Under the pieces are notes generated by a model, which searched no databases, had not been told where the DNA came from, and saw only the letters and a program-made list of their open reading frames with translations. The position numbers and the translations under genes were made by a program. A stretch of DNA of 64,000 nucleotides, taken from positions 124,555-188,554 of the forward strand of contig PS015071.1 of NCBI GenBank assembly GCA_048213135.1, read 5' to 3'. This document shows, piece by piece, positions 12,545 to 23,746 of the stretch; within the stretch, counting starts at the first letter, position 1, and the number at the start of each line of letters is the position of its first letter. The stretch is from Reclinomonas americana ATCC 50394 (lineage: Eukaryota).

Positions 12545-14610
12545 TCAAGAGTCCCAATCGACGACCGAGCTAACACGTGAGAGAATTGTCTGTCGAATGC
12601 TCGAGGCCCGCGCCATCAGCGTGTTGCCCTCGCCGAGGAGGCGCGAGGCCTCGTGAGTTGCCGCGTCGAGCACTCGCAACGCCTCTTCGGGTCGGTCACC
12701 GTTGGTCAAACAAATGGCTGCGGGCAAGCACAAAGAATCGCATCTCAGTACGTGCAACAACTCCCCCTTGTCAACCTCTTTCCCACTTCCCATCTCACCT
12801 TGCTCAATGCGATTCCGCAAGCGAACCTCAGCACCATTGATACTGTATCGACTGATTTCCAAATTTGCCGCCGCCCCATACATCTCGGCTGCTCGCAAGT
12901 GCTCCTCTCCCATGGAGTACACCCTCCCCAGCCCATTCAGTGCGTCGCCCAGCAGCTTGCGGAAATTGTGGCTGCGAGCTTCGGCGACGACACCTGTACA
13001 TATGCGCGACGAGTATGTTGTGAGAATGTGCCAAAGCTCCACAGAGACGCAAGAGAGTCACCTTGCAGCTCCTCGGCCGCCGCTGCCAGATGGTTGCGCT
13101 CGCGCCAGGCGAGTCCGCGAATGTAGCGTAATCTGAGCACGAGTTCCGGGTAGCTCTGTTAACGCGATGAGATTTTGGACACAAGAAGAAAACAACTCGC
13201 ACTCGACGTACCGCAAACACATCCTGGTTGCCGGGCAATCCGCGACTCAAGCGGGGCGACAGGCGCGCCACCGAACCGACAGGTGCTTGGCGGACGTCCT
13301 CGATAAGCGCGAGGATGGTGTCTACCAGTCGTTCCGAGGCCTCCCAGTTGCCCGAGTTGGCCAGCAGGACTGCGAAGTCTGACAAGGGAAAGGGGGGAGG
13401 GAAGGGGAAGGTGGGAGATAAGGGGAAAGGGTGGGAGAGAAGGAGAAGAGGGGTGGGAGAGAAAGGGAGAAAGGGTGGGCAAGAGAAGAGAAGAGCAGAG
13501 AGAAGAGGAGAGAAGAGGAGAAGAGGAGAGAAGAGGAGAAGAGAGGAGACAAGAAAAAGAGACGGGTAGAGCAGAGCAGGCAGCGGACAACACAGCAGAA
13601 GAGCAGAGCAGAGGGAAGGAAAGGGGAGGAGAGAAGAGCAGACAAGTGCAGAGAAGACCAGAACAGAGAGGAGAAGAAAGCAGAGCAGAGGGGAGGAAAG
13701 GGGAGGAGAAGAGCAGAGCAGAGATGAGCAGAGAAATAGTGAAAGAGGAGAGCAGAGAATGGAAGAGAAGAGAAGACAAAAAACAGATGATTAGAGCAGA
13801 ACAGCGAACAACACAACAGAGACGAAGAGCAGAGCAGAGCAGAGGGGAGGGGAGGAAAGGGGAGGAGAGAAGAGCAGAGAGCGGACAGCAAAGCAGAGCA
13901 GAGAAGCGCAGAGAAGACCAGAACAGAGAGGAGATGAGAAGTGGATAGCACAGAAGATAAGAGAAGAGAGGAGAAGAGCACAGCAGAGCAGAGCACAACA
14001 GAGCAGAGCACAGTACTCAAGAGCATCGAGCAGCGGACAACAACTCACTTATCTGCGCCTCCAACGCCTCCGGATGCAACAATCCATGCTCCTCCACGCG
14101 GAAACGCACAAGCCATCGGTGCAGCGGAAGCAGGTTGGCATTCACTGCGCCCAGCAATGGGGAGTGAATGACTGAATGAGAAGACCACAAAACCGAACAC
14201 ACAGCCACAACACTTGTGCTCTCTGCTCCNNNNNNNNNNNNNNNNNNNNGTGCTCTCTCTCTCTCACACACTCACTCACACACACTCACTCACTTTCTCT
14301 CTCCCCCCTCCTCTCTCTCTCTCACTCACTCACATCGACGCTCAGACGCCTCCTCATCGTCATCATCCTCTTCCTCATCATCATCCTCCTCCTCCTGCTC
14401 TCGCTGCTGCCTTCCCCTCGCCGACGCCGGTGAGAACAAGTAGCGCACGCCGTAGTAGACGACGGCGGCCACCGACACGCCCACAACCACTGCATCGTAC
14501 AGATTTTTCCCGGTGAAGAACGATGGTGCATGCGACGGTGGCGAGCTGAAGGCGCTCACTAGCAGCCGCGCACTGCTGGCCGGAGGCGCCTCGAAGGCCA
14601 AGTCGGCCAT
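12545..14610 (-). CDS. Protein with an N-terminal transmembrane segment, acidic linker and TPR-like helical repeats
   Basis: MADLAFEAPP...LYDAVVVGVSVAAVVYYGVRYLF (TM), an E/D tract, then spliced exons with LRYIRGLAWRERNHLAAAAEEL, LGDALNGLGRVYSMGEEHLRAAEMYGAA and AICLTNGDRPEEALRVLDAA...LLGEGNTL. Stop at 12545-12547. Confidence 0.6.
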
Positions 14611-15170
14611 ATTCACGCGCGTCGACGCGAAGTGATTGATGTTTTGTTGTCATGCGGGACTCATTGGTCACTGCGGCAACCACGTGAGCGGTCCTGAAGG
14701 GAGCGCTATGTGTACTCAGCTTGCCGTGTACTCGGTGGAGCTTTCCCCCACGACGTCGCGTCCAGGTCAACGCGAAGTGATGATGTTTTCGGTACCATGT
14801 TTGTGATCATGCATGCGAGACTGACGTCGACTGGTGCTCTGGTGATTACGTGGTGTACGCGGCTGCAAGAGGAGTCCGGAAGGCACCCCTGCTTTGTACT
14901 CAGCTTGCTGCATGCGCCCTGGAAGCTTTCCACCGCGCGCGACGACTACGAAGGGTCCGGTCGCGTCGACGCATCCACAATTGCAATTCCCGATCGCGCT
15001 GCGTGGTTGCTCTCGCCTCTTTTCGCCATGCACCCACCTGCATCGTTTGCCAACCGGACTGCGCGCGCGCGTGTGTCAACCTGTGTCTCCTTCGACCATG
15101 ATGGGCGTGTGTGACACTTGGGCCAGCGGGTGATCACCGCGGTGCATCACACGGCGGTTTTTTTTTCGAG

Positions 15171-18100
15171 ATGGGTCGCCGCCGTCCGCACCGCATCGAG
15201 CCCTGGTCAGCCTCCTCCACCGCACCAAGCACAGCGCGTGCTGATGAAGACTATGACGACGACGATGAGGATGAGGACGATGATGGCATGGAAAAGGGAG
15301 AGCAGGCGCTGTCGGCGTTGAGCAGCGGGCGCGGTCTTGCTCCGCAGCGACGCGCAGTGCTGGTGGTGACTCCAGAGTCGCCGAATGGCACCGCCACTGG
15401 GCAGCAGCGGAGACCTGCGTCGGCGCGAGTGAGACCGAGGTCTTGTGATATTCAGACAGACAGAGAGAGTGTTCGCGCTCATGAAGTTGTTTTCAGCTCG
15501 GCGCAAGCGGCTCTGCGTGGTGCGTTGTCGGTGAGTCGACGCACGAATAGCACCGAGGCGGTGCGCGGGAAGCGGCATGGAGATGTGTCTGATGGGCAGC
15601 TCTCGGATGTGATCACCGTGGACGAGGATGATGATGATGATGATGTCGTTGTTGATGATGATGATGATGATGATGTTGGAGGTGGTGAAGAGGAGGAGGA
15701 GGTGGACCGCGAGTTTAGGGGGATGGGTGGTCGCACGCCTCCGTCGCGGTCGGGTCGGGCAACCAATTCGAGTTCGGCGGCCAGTTCGCATGGTACCAAT
15801 GGTGGGATATCACAGAGGGAAGGGAGGGTTGGGGGGAGGGATAGGGGATAGAGGGACAAAGAGATAGGCTGCGGTTGGGGAAGGGAGAGAAGAAGTCGAG
15901 AAATAGAGGCAACAGAAGGATCAGAGGAGAGGTGGACTGGATAGACCAGCGCAGAGGCAGTTTTACTTGCTAACGACAGATGGATAGGAAGAGAACAGAC
16001 CAGTTGTTTACAAGAATTATGGCCTGAGAAGCAGAGACAGAGTGCACATACGCAGCGGGATCAGAGGAGAGGAGGACTGGGGCAGCTCAGCGGCAGTTTT
16101 ACTTGCTTATGACAGATGGATATGAAGGGGACGGGCAAGATGTTGGCAAGAATAGTGGCCTGAGAAGCAGAGACGAGCTGCCCATACGCAGGAGAAGTGG
16201 ACTGGGAATAGACAAGCACAGAAGGATAAGAGAGGGACGGGCAAGATGTTTACAAGAATAGTTGCCTGAGAAGCAGAGACGAGCTGCCCGACCTCAGAGA
16301 GAAGGAGGGCAAGAGTTGTTGCTTGCAAATGACAGAAGGATCAGAAGGGGAAAACGAGCTGCTTATAGTCCACTGTCTCATCCCCCTTGAACTCTATTAC
16401 CGATATTCTCTCCCTGCGTGTCGCTCTTTCTCTCGTTTTCTCAGTCTATGCGCAGTCCACCACTCCTCTCATCCTTTTCCTGCGTGTGAGGAGTTCGCAG
16501 ACCACGCGTTTTCCTACCCATTCGATATTATCAAGCAAAACCTATCTGTGCACCACGCCTTTCATCCCGTTTCTCTGGAACCGTTGTTTTACTGTGAGAG
16601 ACAGACAGAAAGTGGGATAGAGGGCGAGAGTACTGATTGATTGGGAGGTAAACAGAGAATGGATGAGGTTGACTGTTTGCTTTTCCGCGAGAAAATGAGA
16701 AGAAACCCCTGCGCAGAGATAGACTACGAGGCACAAGGCATCACACTTGTCTCACTTCGCCCCGCCAACAGAACGTGCCTCCGGCGACGACGACCCCGCC
16801 GATCCCGACTACTTGGTGCCACTGTGGGCACGCTTACTGCGCGCAGTTAGCTCGAAGACCATGGTTCGTGGGCGATGCAATGCCAGTGCTTTTCGCCACC
16901 CTTGTGTTGGCTGAACCCTTTCATGATTTTGCAGGGCGGGCCTCCATCCCTGCGACCCGGCGAACCACACAGCGCGTGGAGCGCGCCTGGCAAGGGATTC
17001 AATTCGCGCTCCGGGTCTCCTCTTCTCGCCGCTCCTGCCGGTATGTGCATGCTCCACCGTTTTCATCATTCCATGACCTCGCAACTCAGTGTCGGTTTGC
17101 AGACTCGACGCCCCTGTCAAAAATGGATCGTATTCGCCTCGGTGGGTCCCCTCTATTCTGCTTTTTCATCTCTCGCTTGTCCTCACCTGTGTGATGCCAA
17201 CAGACCAACGCGAACTCGTCACGCTGCTGCGCATGGGCTCACTCGTGCTCACGGTTGACGAGTCGCAGCCATTGTTGCGTCAAACGCACGACCTCTTTGT
17301 TGTAGCTCTCCTTTGAAACTCATCGAATATCCTGTTTTTTTCCCGCAGTGCTCGTGAAGCGCCCTATCGCAAGACAGTTGCGTGCAGGCACTTGCCCTCT
17401 GTCCCTGTTGTTGTTGTCGCGTACGACTTACATCCTGCGTTCGCAGTCGGAGGCCACTCGGTTGAGACGGAGCACCGTGCGTCAGTCGTCGCTTCTCATC
17501 ACGTTGATCAAGAATGTTGCGTGGGGGCTGGACGTGCGAATTGGCGCGACTCAAGTTCCCTCATTCTGCTTGTCTTCTCATGCAGTGGTGGAAGTGTGCC
17601 AACGAGAGTCGCACCGGCATATTGACCCGCGATGAATTCGCCGTGTTCTTCAGCCAGCTGACGCTGCCACTCAGCCCGCTGTCGTCGACGAATGCATTGC
17701 GTCACGAGCTGGAGGTGCAGTGCACTCGCGCGCGCGTGTCACTTACTCATGAGTGACCGACCCATCACTGATTCATCTCTCACGTCACAGAAAGAGTGGG
17801 TCACTCGCCTCGGTTCTGGTGCCACGGAGATGACCTTTCCGCAATTCTTCGAAGGTCCGCCTGGGTGCTGAGTGTTCATCCCTCGTCGGTTTTCTCATGT
17901 GGGTGCTTTGCAGCTGCCTTTGAGCTGGTGGAGAGCTGGACGGAGACGGCGGACGAGAACGAGTATGTGGAATTCGCACAGCGTGTGCTGGCCCGCAGCT
18001 TTCCGGATTTCCGCGCTCTGGCGCTCGCCTACGATCGTTGCGACCATTTTGTTCCCCTTTTCCCTCCTCCTCCTCTCTCCATCGTCACTCACCCTGTTCA

Positions 18101-20570
18101 CGTTGTCGTTGATGCAGGCGAGGTCGAAGAAAACTCGGCGGCGAGTCGTGAGGGTCGCGCTGCACTGTGCAGTTTCCGGCGGCGCTCGGTCAGCGAACCG
18201 CAACGCATGGCCTCCTCACCCAAGTACGCTCATCGCGCCAACACCGGACCGAGTGCCAACCCGTCGCCAACCGTACAACAGCCATCAGTGGCCGCCGCTG
18301 TTCCTACGCCTGTCCCCCTGCGTCCCACGACCGCGCCGACTCCCACTTCCTCCTCTGTCGCCCCAGCTGCCGCTGCGGTGTACATCTCCGACGGTCATGG
18401 TATGCTCTCCAGGAAGATGATTACAGATTCTTGCAAGTTTTGCTCACGTCGTGTGGCGCAGGGAGTCCGTCCAAGAGACGACCGCTGTCGGCAACCGCGA
18501 AGCGCATTCGTGCTGCTGGCAATGAGCACCTGGCCACTGCGCAGCAACAACTGGCCACCCTGTCGTCCATGGCCAAGAATCGGAAGACGCAGTTGCGATT
18601 GCACTCACACACCTGACTCTCCCACTCACTTTTTCACTCATCGCATCTCCAGGGGCGCATCGTCATCCTCTTTATCATCGTCTTCGTCATCGACTTTGGT
18701 TCCGTCATCAGCGGCCGCCATGAACACCGGCAACACAACGACCGGTGCCACTGGAACCGCGTCGACGACGACGAGTACGGCACACTCCGCCGTCGCCCGT
18801 CTCACTCGCCGCGGCCGCGGCTGCATTCCGTCGTCCACCGAACCCGGTGATCCGGTGCTGGCCGAGGCGATGCAAGTGCGTCAGGTGGCCGTGTGTGGCT
18901 TTGTCCCCCACGCTCCGGTGCTCGAACATATGCGACGCGGCTCACCACCGCGCATCGCTGCTCCGAGTGGTGGCCAACTCGTCACTGGCTCCGGCACTCT
19001 CTCGCGCCGACCTCTGTCGGCATCGTCGGCCTCCGCCGCCGTCATTGTACCCCCTCCGGCGGCCGCTCCGTTTTCTCCGCCTCGCGGTGGCGGTGCTGTT
19101 GCTGCTGGCAATGGCGGTGGCCACGGGGTCGATCCACTGTCTGCACTGCAAGGGGTGCTCTCTATTCAGTCGCCAACAGGCTCGCAGGGGCGAACGGATG
19201 GCGGCGCCATTTTTGTGCCACATCCACGACCACACAGCGCATCGTCGGTTCGTGGAAAGGCCGGGCGGCCAGCCAGTGCCGCCATTAACAGTCGCCTGCA
19301 GCACCAGCAGCGACCACAAGTTGCGTAGCGTGCGGGTGGAATCAAGGGCGTCCCCAGAATTTGCACAGCTGACCCTCCATGATGGCCGTCGCAGAGTGCC
19401 TCGCCCACGCGGAGAGCAGGATCGAGTGTCGATTTGTCCGCACCGGCGGCAGCAGAGGCGCCCCCAGCAGTGGCGCCGCCCAAGGTGCGTCCAGCCTCCG
19501 CCACGGCGATCGGACGGATGGTGGCCGCCGCTGCTGTACCGCGGGCAGCCGACGACAGCAAAACCAAGGAGCGTCTGCTGGCCCGCATGCACATGCGGCG
19601 GCAGGCCAGTGCCAACGTGCACATTCGGTTCGTACGGACACCATCGTGCTGTGTTGTGTCATGTTGTCGCTGACCTTTCGTTATGAGCAGGAAAGCGGGG
19701 GGCGACGGATTCATGTTGGAAAAGGCGGTGCTGGCGCGCGGTCGTGTGCTGGCCGTTGATCTGGAGCAGAAACTCGCCGAGGCCGTTCATGGGCGTCTCC
19801 CAGTTCACGAGGACGATGTGTCCGGTGAGTGTGGTGTGGGAGGGGGGAAAGCAATTCGTGGAGCTCACTGTGTGCGCTCCTCCACGCAGATCTGGCGGGT
19901 TCGTCGCACCGGCGAACACAGTCCATGCCAGCGCACATTCACTCGCCACTGGACACGCTCTTCAACCTTGTGCATCGCGAGCGCATCACCGGCTTTGGTA
20001 TGAGCAATGTGCAAGAGGAGGGGAGCTGTTGTTCTGCTCACTCACTCACCTCATTGTGTGCCACACAGATCGCCGCAAGCTCGAGCAAGTCTCCAAGCAC
20101 CAGTTGTATGGCCTGTATGCCAGCATCAACGGGGCCGAGCCGGAGTGCACTCCGCGCCTCGAAGAGGTCGAGATGACGGTGCAAGCCAAGAGGTGAGAAG
20201 GGCGGGTGGTGAGGCCGAACAAGGCAAGGTCTCATGGGGTGTCGACAGGGAGGAGGTCTCGGAGGTCGAACACTCGTCGCTGGCCGCCACTGCGCATCGC
20301 CTGTTGGGCACTGCCTTGGAGAATGCTCCGCTGCCCGACGGCGAGGACTCGTGGGGCGCATACGTGCTGCAGAGCAGCTTGCAGCGCCTGTACCCGACAT
20401 CTGGTCGCGTGCGTCACCTCAAGTTCGAGGACGACTTTGAAAGCGCTGCCGCCGCTGCCGCTGCCGCTGCCGCTGCCGCCAAGGTCGAGGAGAGCAAGCA
20501 GCAGGTGCATCATGCACGTGTGCGACCAGCCTCTGCCGGCGCCTATCGTCGCTTGCGGCTGGACTTGTGA
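15171..20570 (+). CDS. Large low-complexity hypothetical protein with a central EF-hand-like region
   Basis: ATG 15171, acidic and Ser/Ala/Pro-rich exons, repeated RPASA motifs. Central exons read WWKCANESRTGILTRDEFAVFFSQL...MTFPQFFE|AAFELVESWTETADENEYVEFAQRVL. Some exon boundaries are uncertain. Confidence 0.55.
15915..16350. repeat. Degenerate tandem repeat, about 3 copies of roughly 110-135 bp, in an intron
   Basis: Recurring blocks CAAGAAT...GCCTGAGAAGCAGAGAC near 16011, 16147 and 16252, and GGCAGTTTTACTTGCT near 15956 and 16092. Confidence 0.75.
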
Positions 20571-20692
20571 GAAGTGAAGAATATATTGATGAAAACAGTG
20601 TGCGAAGTTTTCGCGCGAGCTCCTTCCTGTCCGGGCAAGACGCACGACACTCGCAAGCAAAAAGTGGCCACAGGGCGTGTGCAGGTGGTGTC

Positions 20693-20810
20693 ATGATTCG
20701 TGCCGGTTGGGCCACGAAAGAGGTGTGTGTGTGTGTGTGCGTGCGTGCAAGTGTGTTTGAATGTGCAACTTTGTGAAAGTGGGTGAGGGGGTGTGAGAGT
20801 GTGCACGTGT

Positions 20811-20859
<49 letters not shown>

Positions 20860-21687
20860 GTGTGCGTGGTAGTCGTATACTCCTTACGTTTCGACGACGA
20901 CGAACGGTAACGGTAACGTACGTAGTAAGTAAACGTCGGTAGGAACGGTCGNNNNNNNNNNNNNNNNNNNNNNNNNNNNNNNNNNNNNNNNNNNNNNNNN
21001 NNNNNNNNNNNNNNNNNNNNNNNNNNNNNNNNNNNNNNNNNNNNNNNNNNNNNNNNNNNNNNNNNNNNNNNNNNNNNNNNNNNNNNNNNNNNNNNNNNNN
21101 NNNNNNNNNNNNNNNNNNNNNNNNNNNNNNNNNNNNNNNNNNNNNNNNNNNNNNNNNNNNNNNNNNNNNNNNNNNNNNNNNNNNNNNNNNNNNNNNNNNN
21201 NNNNNNNNNNNNNNNNNNNNNNNNNNNNNNNNNNNNNNNNNNNNNNNNNNNNNNNNNNNNNNNNNNNNNNNNNNNNNNNNNNNNNNNNNNNNNNNNNNNN
21301 NNNNNNNNNNNNNNNNNNNNNNNNNNNNNNNNNNNNNNNNNNNNNNNNNNNNNNNNNNNNNNNNNNNNNNNNNNNNNNNNNNNNNNNNNNNNNNNNNNNN
21401 NNNNNNNNNNNNNNNNNNNNNNNNNNNNNNNNNNNNNNNNNNNNNNNNNNNNNNNNNNNNNNNNNNNNNNNNNNNNNNNNNNNNNNNNNNNNNNNNNNNN
21501 NNNNNNNNNNNNNNNNNNNNNNNNNNNNNNNNNNNNNNNNNNNNNNNNNNNNNNNNNNNNNNNNNNNNNNNNNNNNNNNNNNNNNNNNNNNNNNNNNNNN
21601 NNNNNNNNNNNNNNNNNNNNNNNNNNNNNNNNNNNNNNNNNNNNNNNNNNNNNNNNNNNNNNNNNNNNNNNNNNNNNNNNNNNNNNN

Positions 21688-21726
<39 letters not shown>

Positions 21727-23709
21727 GTGTGCGTGGAGTTCGATATCCATTTTCGCACGCACAGGGTAACACTGTGAAATCGTGGAAGCGGCGGTACTTT
21801 GTGCTCACAGACCACCAACTGGCGTACTACACCGACGAGACAGTTGCGCATTCTACTTCAATCTCTTCATCTCTTTCTTTGTGACTCACACATACACACG
21901 CGCGCGCGCGTTGTTCACTCCGCCGCAGCGCAAGTCATGCAAGGGCGTCATTGAGCGATCGCAAGTGCTCAGCACACGCAAGGCGGAGGATAGGCCGAAG
22001 CATCCGCACATTTGCTGCGTGGAGACTGCGGCGGCCAAGAGTTAAGTGTCACAAGAGAGAGAGAGAGAGAGAGAGCGTGTGAAAGCATGTCTTGTGTGCG
22101 CCTGTCCACGCTGACCCTCTCGCCGCAGAGCTGAGATCGTATTTCATCTCGTTTGACTCGGTGGAGGAACGCGACGATTGGGCCGCTGTGCTCTCGCAGT
22201 GGCACAAGGGACCCGAGGACCTGGCGCCTCTCGACTCGGTACGCCAGCCAGACGCGTGCGCGGGTACGATTGAGAGAACTCACGAGTGTGTTGTGGCGGC
22301 GCAGTTGGCCAGTTTCTCCGACTCGATGGGCTCGGGTGGTATGCTGGGAGGAGGAGGAGGAGGGGGTCCGCCGGCGCGAGGAACCGGCTCGCTGTTCAGT
22401 TCATCGGCTGGCGGACGCACGCCGCTGAGCACGCCACTGGGGGCGCCTGTGTCGTCTGGCCCGTTGCGCGTGTTCATTGCACTTGTCGGTTCTCATCATC
22501 CGCCCGAGCTGCGCGCGCTGGCCGGTGCGGTAGCACATGCCGTCCTCCGGCTGCGCTCGCTCCTGGTGGTGTTTGGCGCCACGAGTTTGGAAGCGGTGCG
22601 TGCATGCGTGTGCTTGCCGTTCTTATCTGCTTGCGCATTGACCGTGGTGCACAGACGGACGACTTGGCGGAGGCCGGCTGCAAGACGGTTCTGCTGGATG
22701 TCTCCGACGAGAGTACGATCGCCGATGCATTGGTCGGCTGTGATCGGCTGTTGATTGTGCCATCGTATTCCTCACGAACAGGTGGGAGGCTGTTGTGAGT
22801 GCTCGTCTCCGTTGAAACGTGGTGCTTACCACGTCGCAGTGTCGTCGGATCTGGAGCGGCTGTTGCGAACGTCTGTCGAAGCCGGCATCCAGCAATGCCT
22901 CCTGCTGTCGACCATGGCCGCCAATGCAGGGTCTAGTGTACCCACGGCGAAAGCGGTGAGTTATGGCTCTGTGTGTGCACTCTCGACATCCTCGCTTATT
23001 CGACTGATCGCATCGGCTGTTGTGCTCACAGGCAGCGGCGGCGGAGAATCTCGTCTCGCGAAGTCGGATCCCGTGCTGGACGGTCCTCCGACTCGCACCG
23101 CTTATGGAGTACTTTGACCACGAGGCTCGGTACCTGGCTGCCAACTTGCAGTTTCTCGGAACCACGGGTTGCGTCCGTCGCGAAGATCTTCTGTTTCTCT
23201 CTTGTGTCGCCTCGCACTCATTCTGCGGCGATTGGTTAGGCGTAACGTCCTATGCAAGTGTCAGCGCCGACGATGTCGCCGAGGGTGTTGGGCGCATCTT
23301 CTCCGCCCCCGATTTTCACCACCGCGCCGTGTACAACTGGACCGGTCCACAAGTGAGTGCATGTGGGGCAATGGGCGCAAAGCACGTTGTTGAGTCCTCA
23401 TTTCACGTGCAGGCCATGAATGAGTCCGAGTATGCGGCGTGCTTGTCGGCCGTGCTGAAGAGACCAATCGAATACGTCGAGGTGACGAGGGACGAGAAGC
23501 GCGCACAGTTGCACTCGGCTGGCTTTCCACCAGCTGCTACTGAGGTGAGTGGTGGGGGGAAAGGGAGGGCACGGAGTGAGGCGGTTTAGGAAGGGGCAAA
23601 TAATGCTACGGTATGAGATGGAGAGGGAAGGAGAGTGAAGAGAGAGAGAGAGAGAAAGAGGGACTGAGAGCGAGAAAACAACAAAAGTGAGGTAGAGAGC
23701 GAGCGAGCG

Positions 23710-23746
<37 letters not shown>

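Noticed and set aside
13381-14030. Long Leu/Ser-rich or Arg/Glu-rich ORFs (also 6300-7230, 10400-11200, 28350-28800, 29970-30780)
   Set aside because: Translations of GA/CT low-complexity intron sequence bounded by splice sites.
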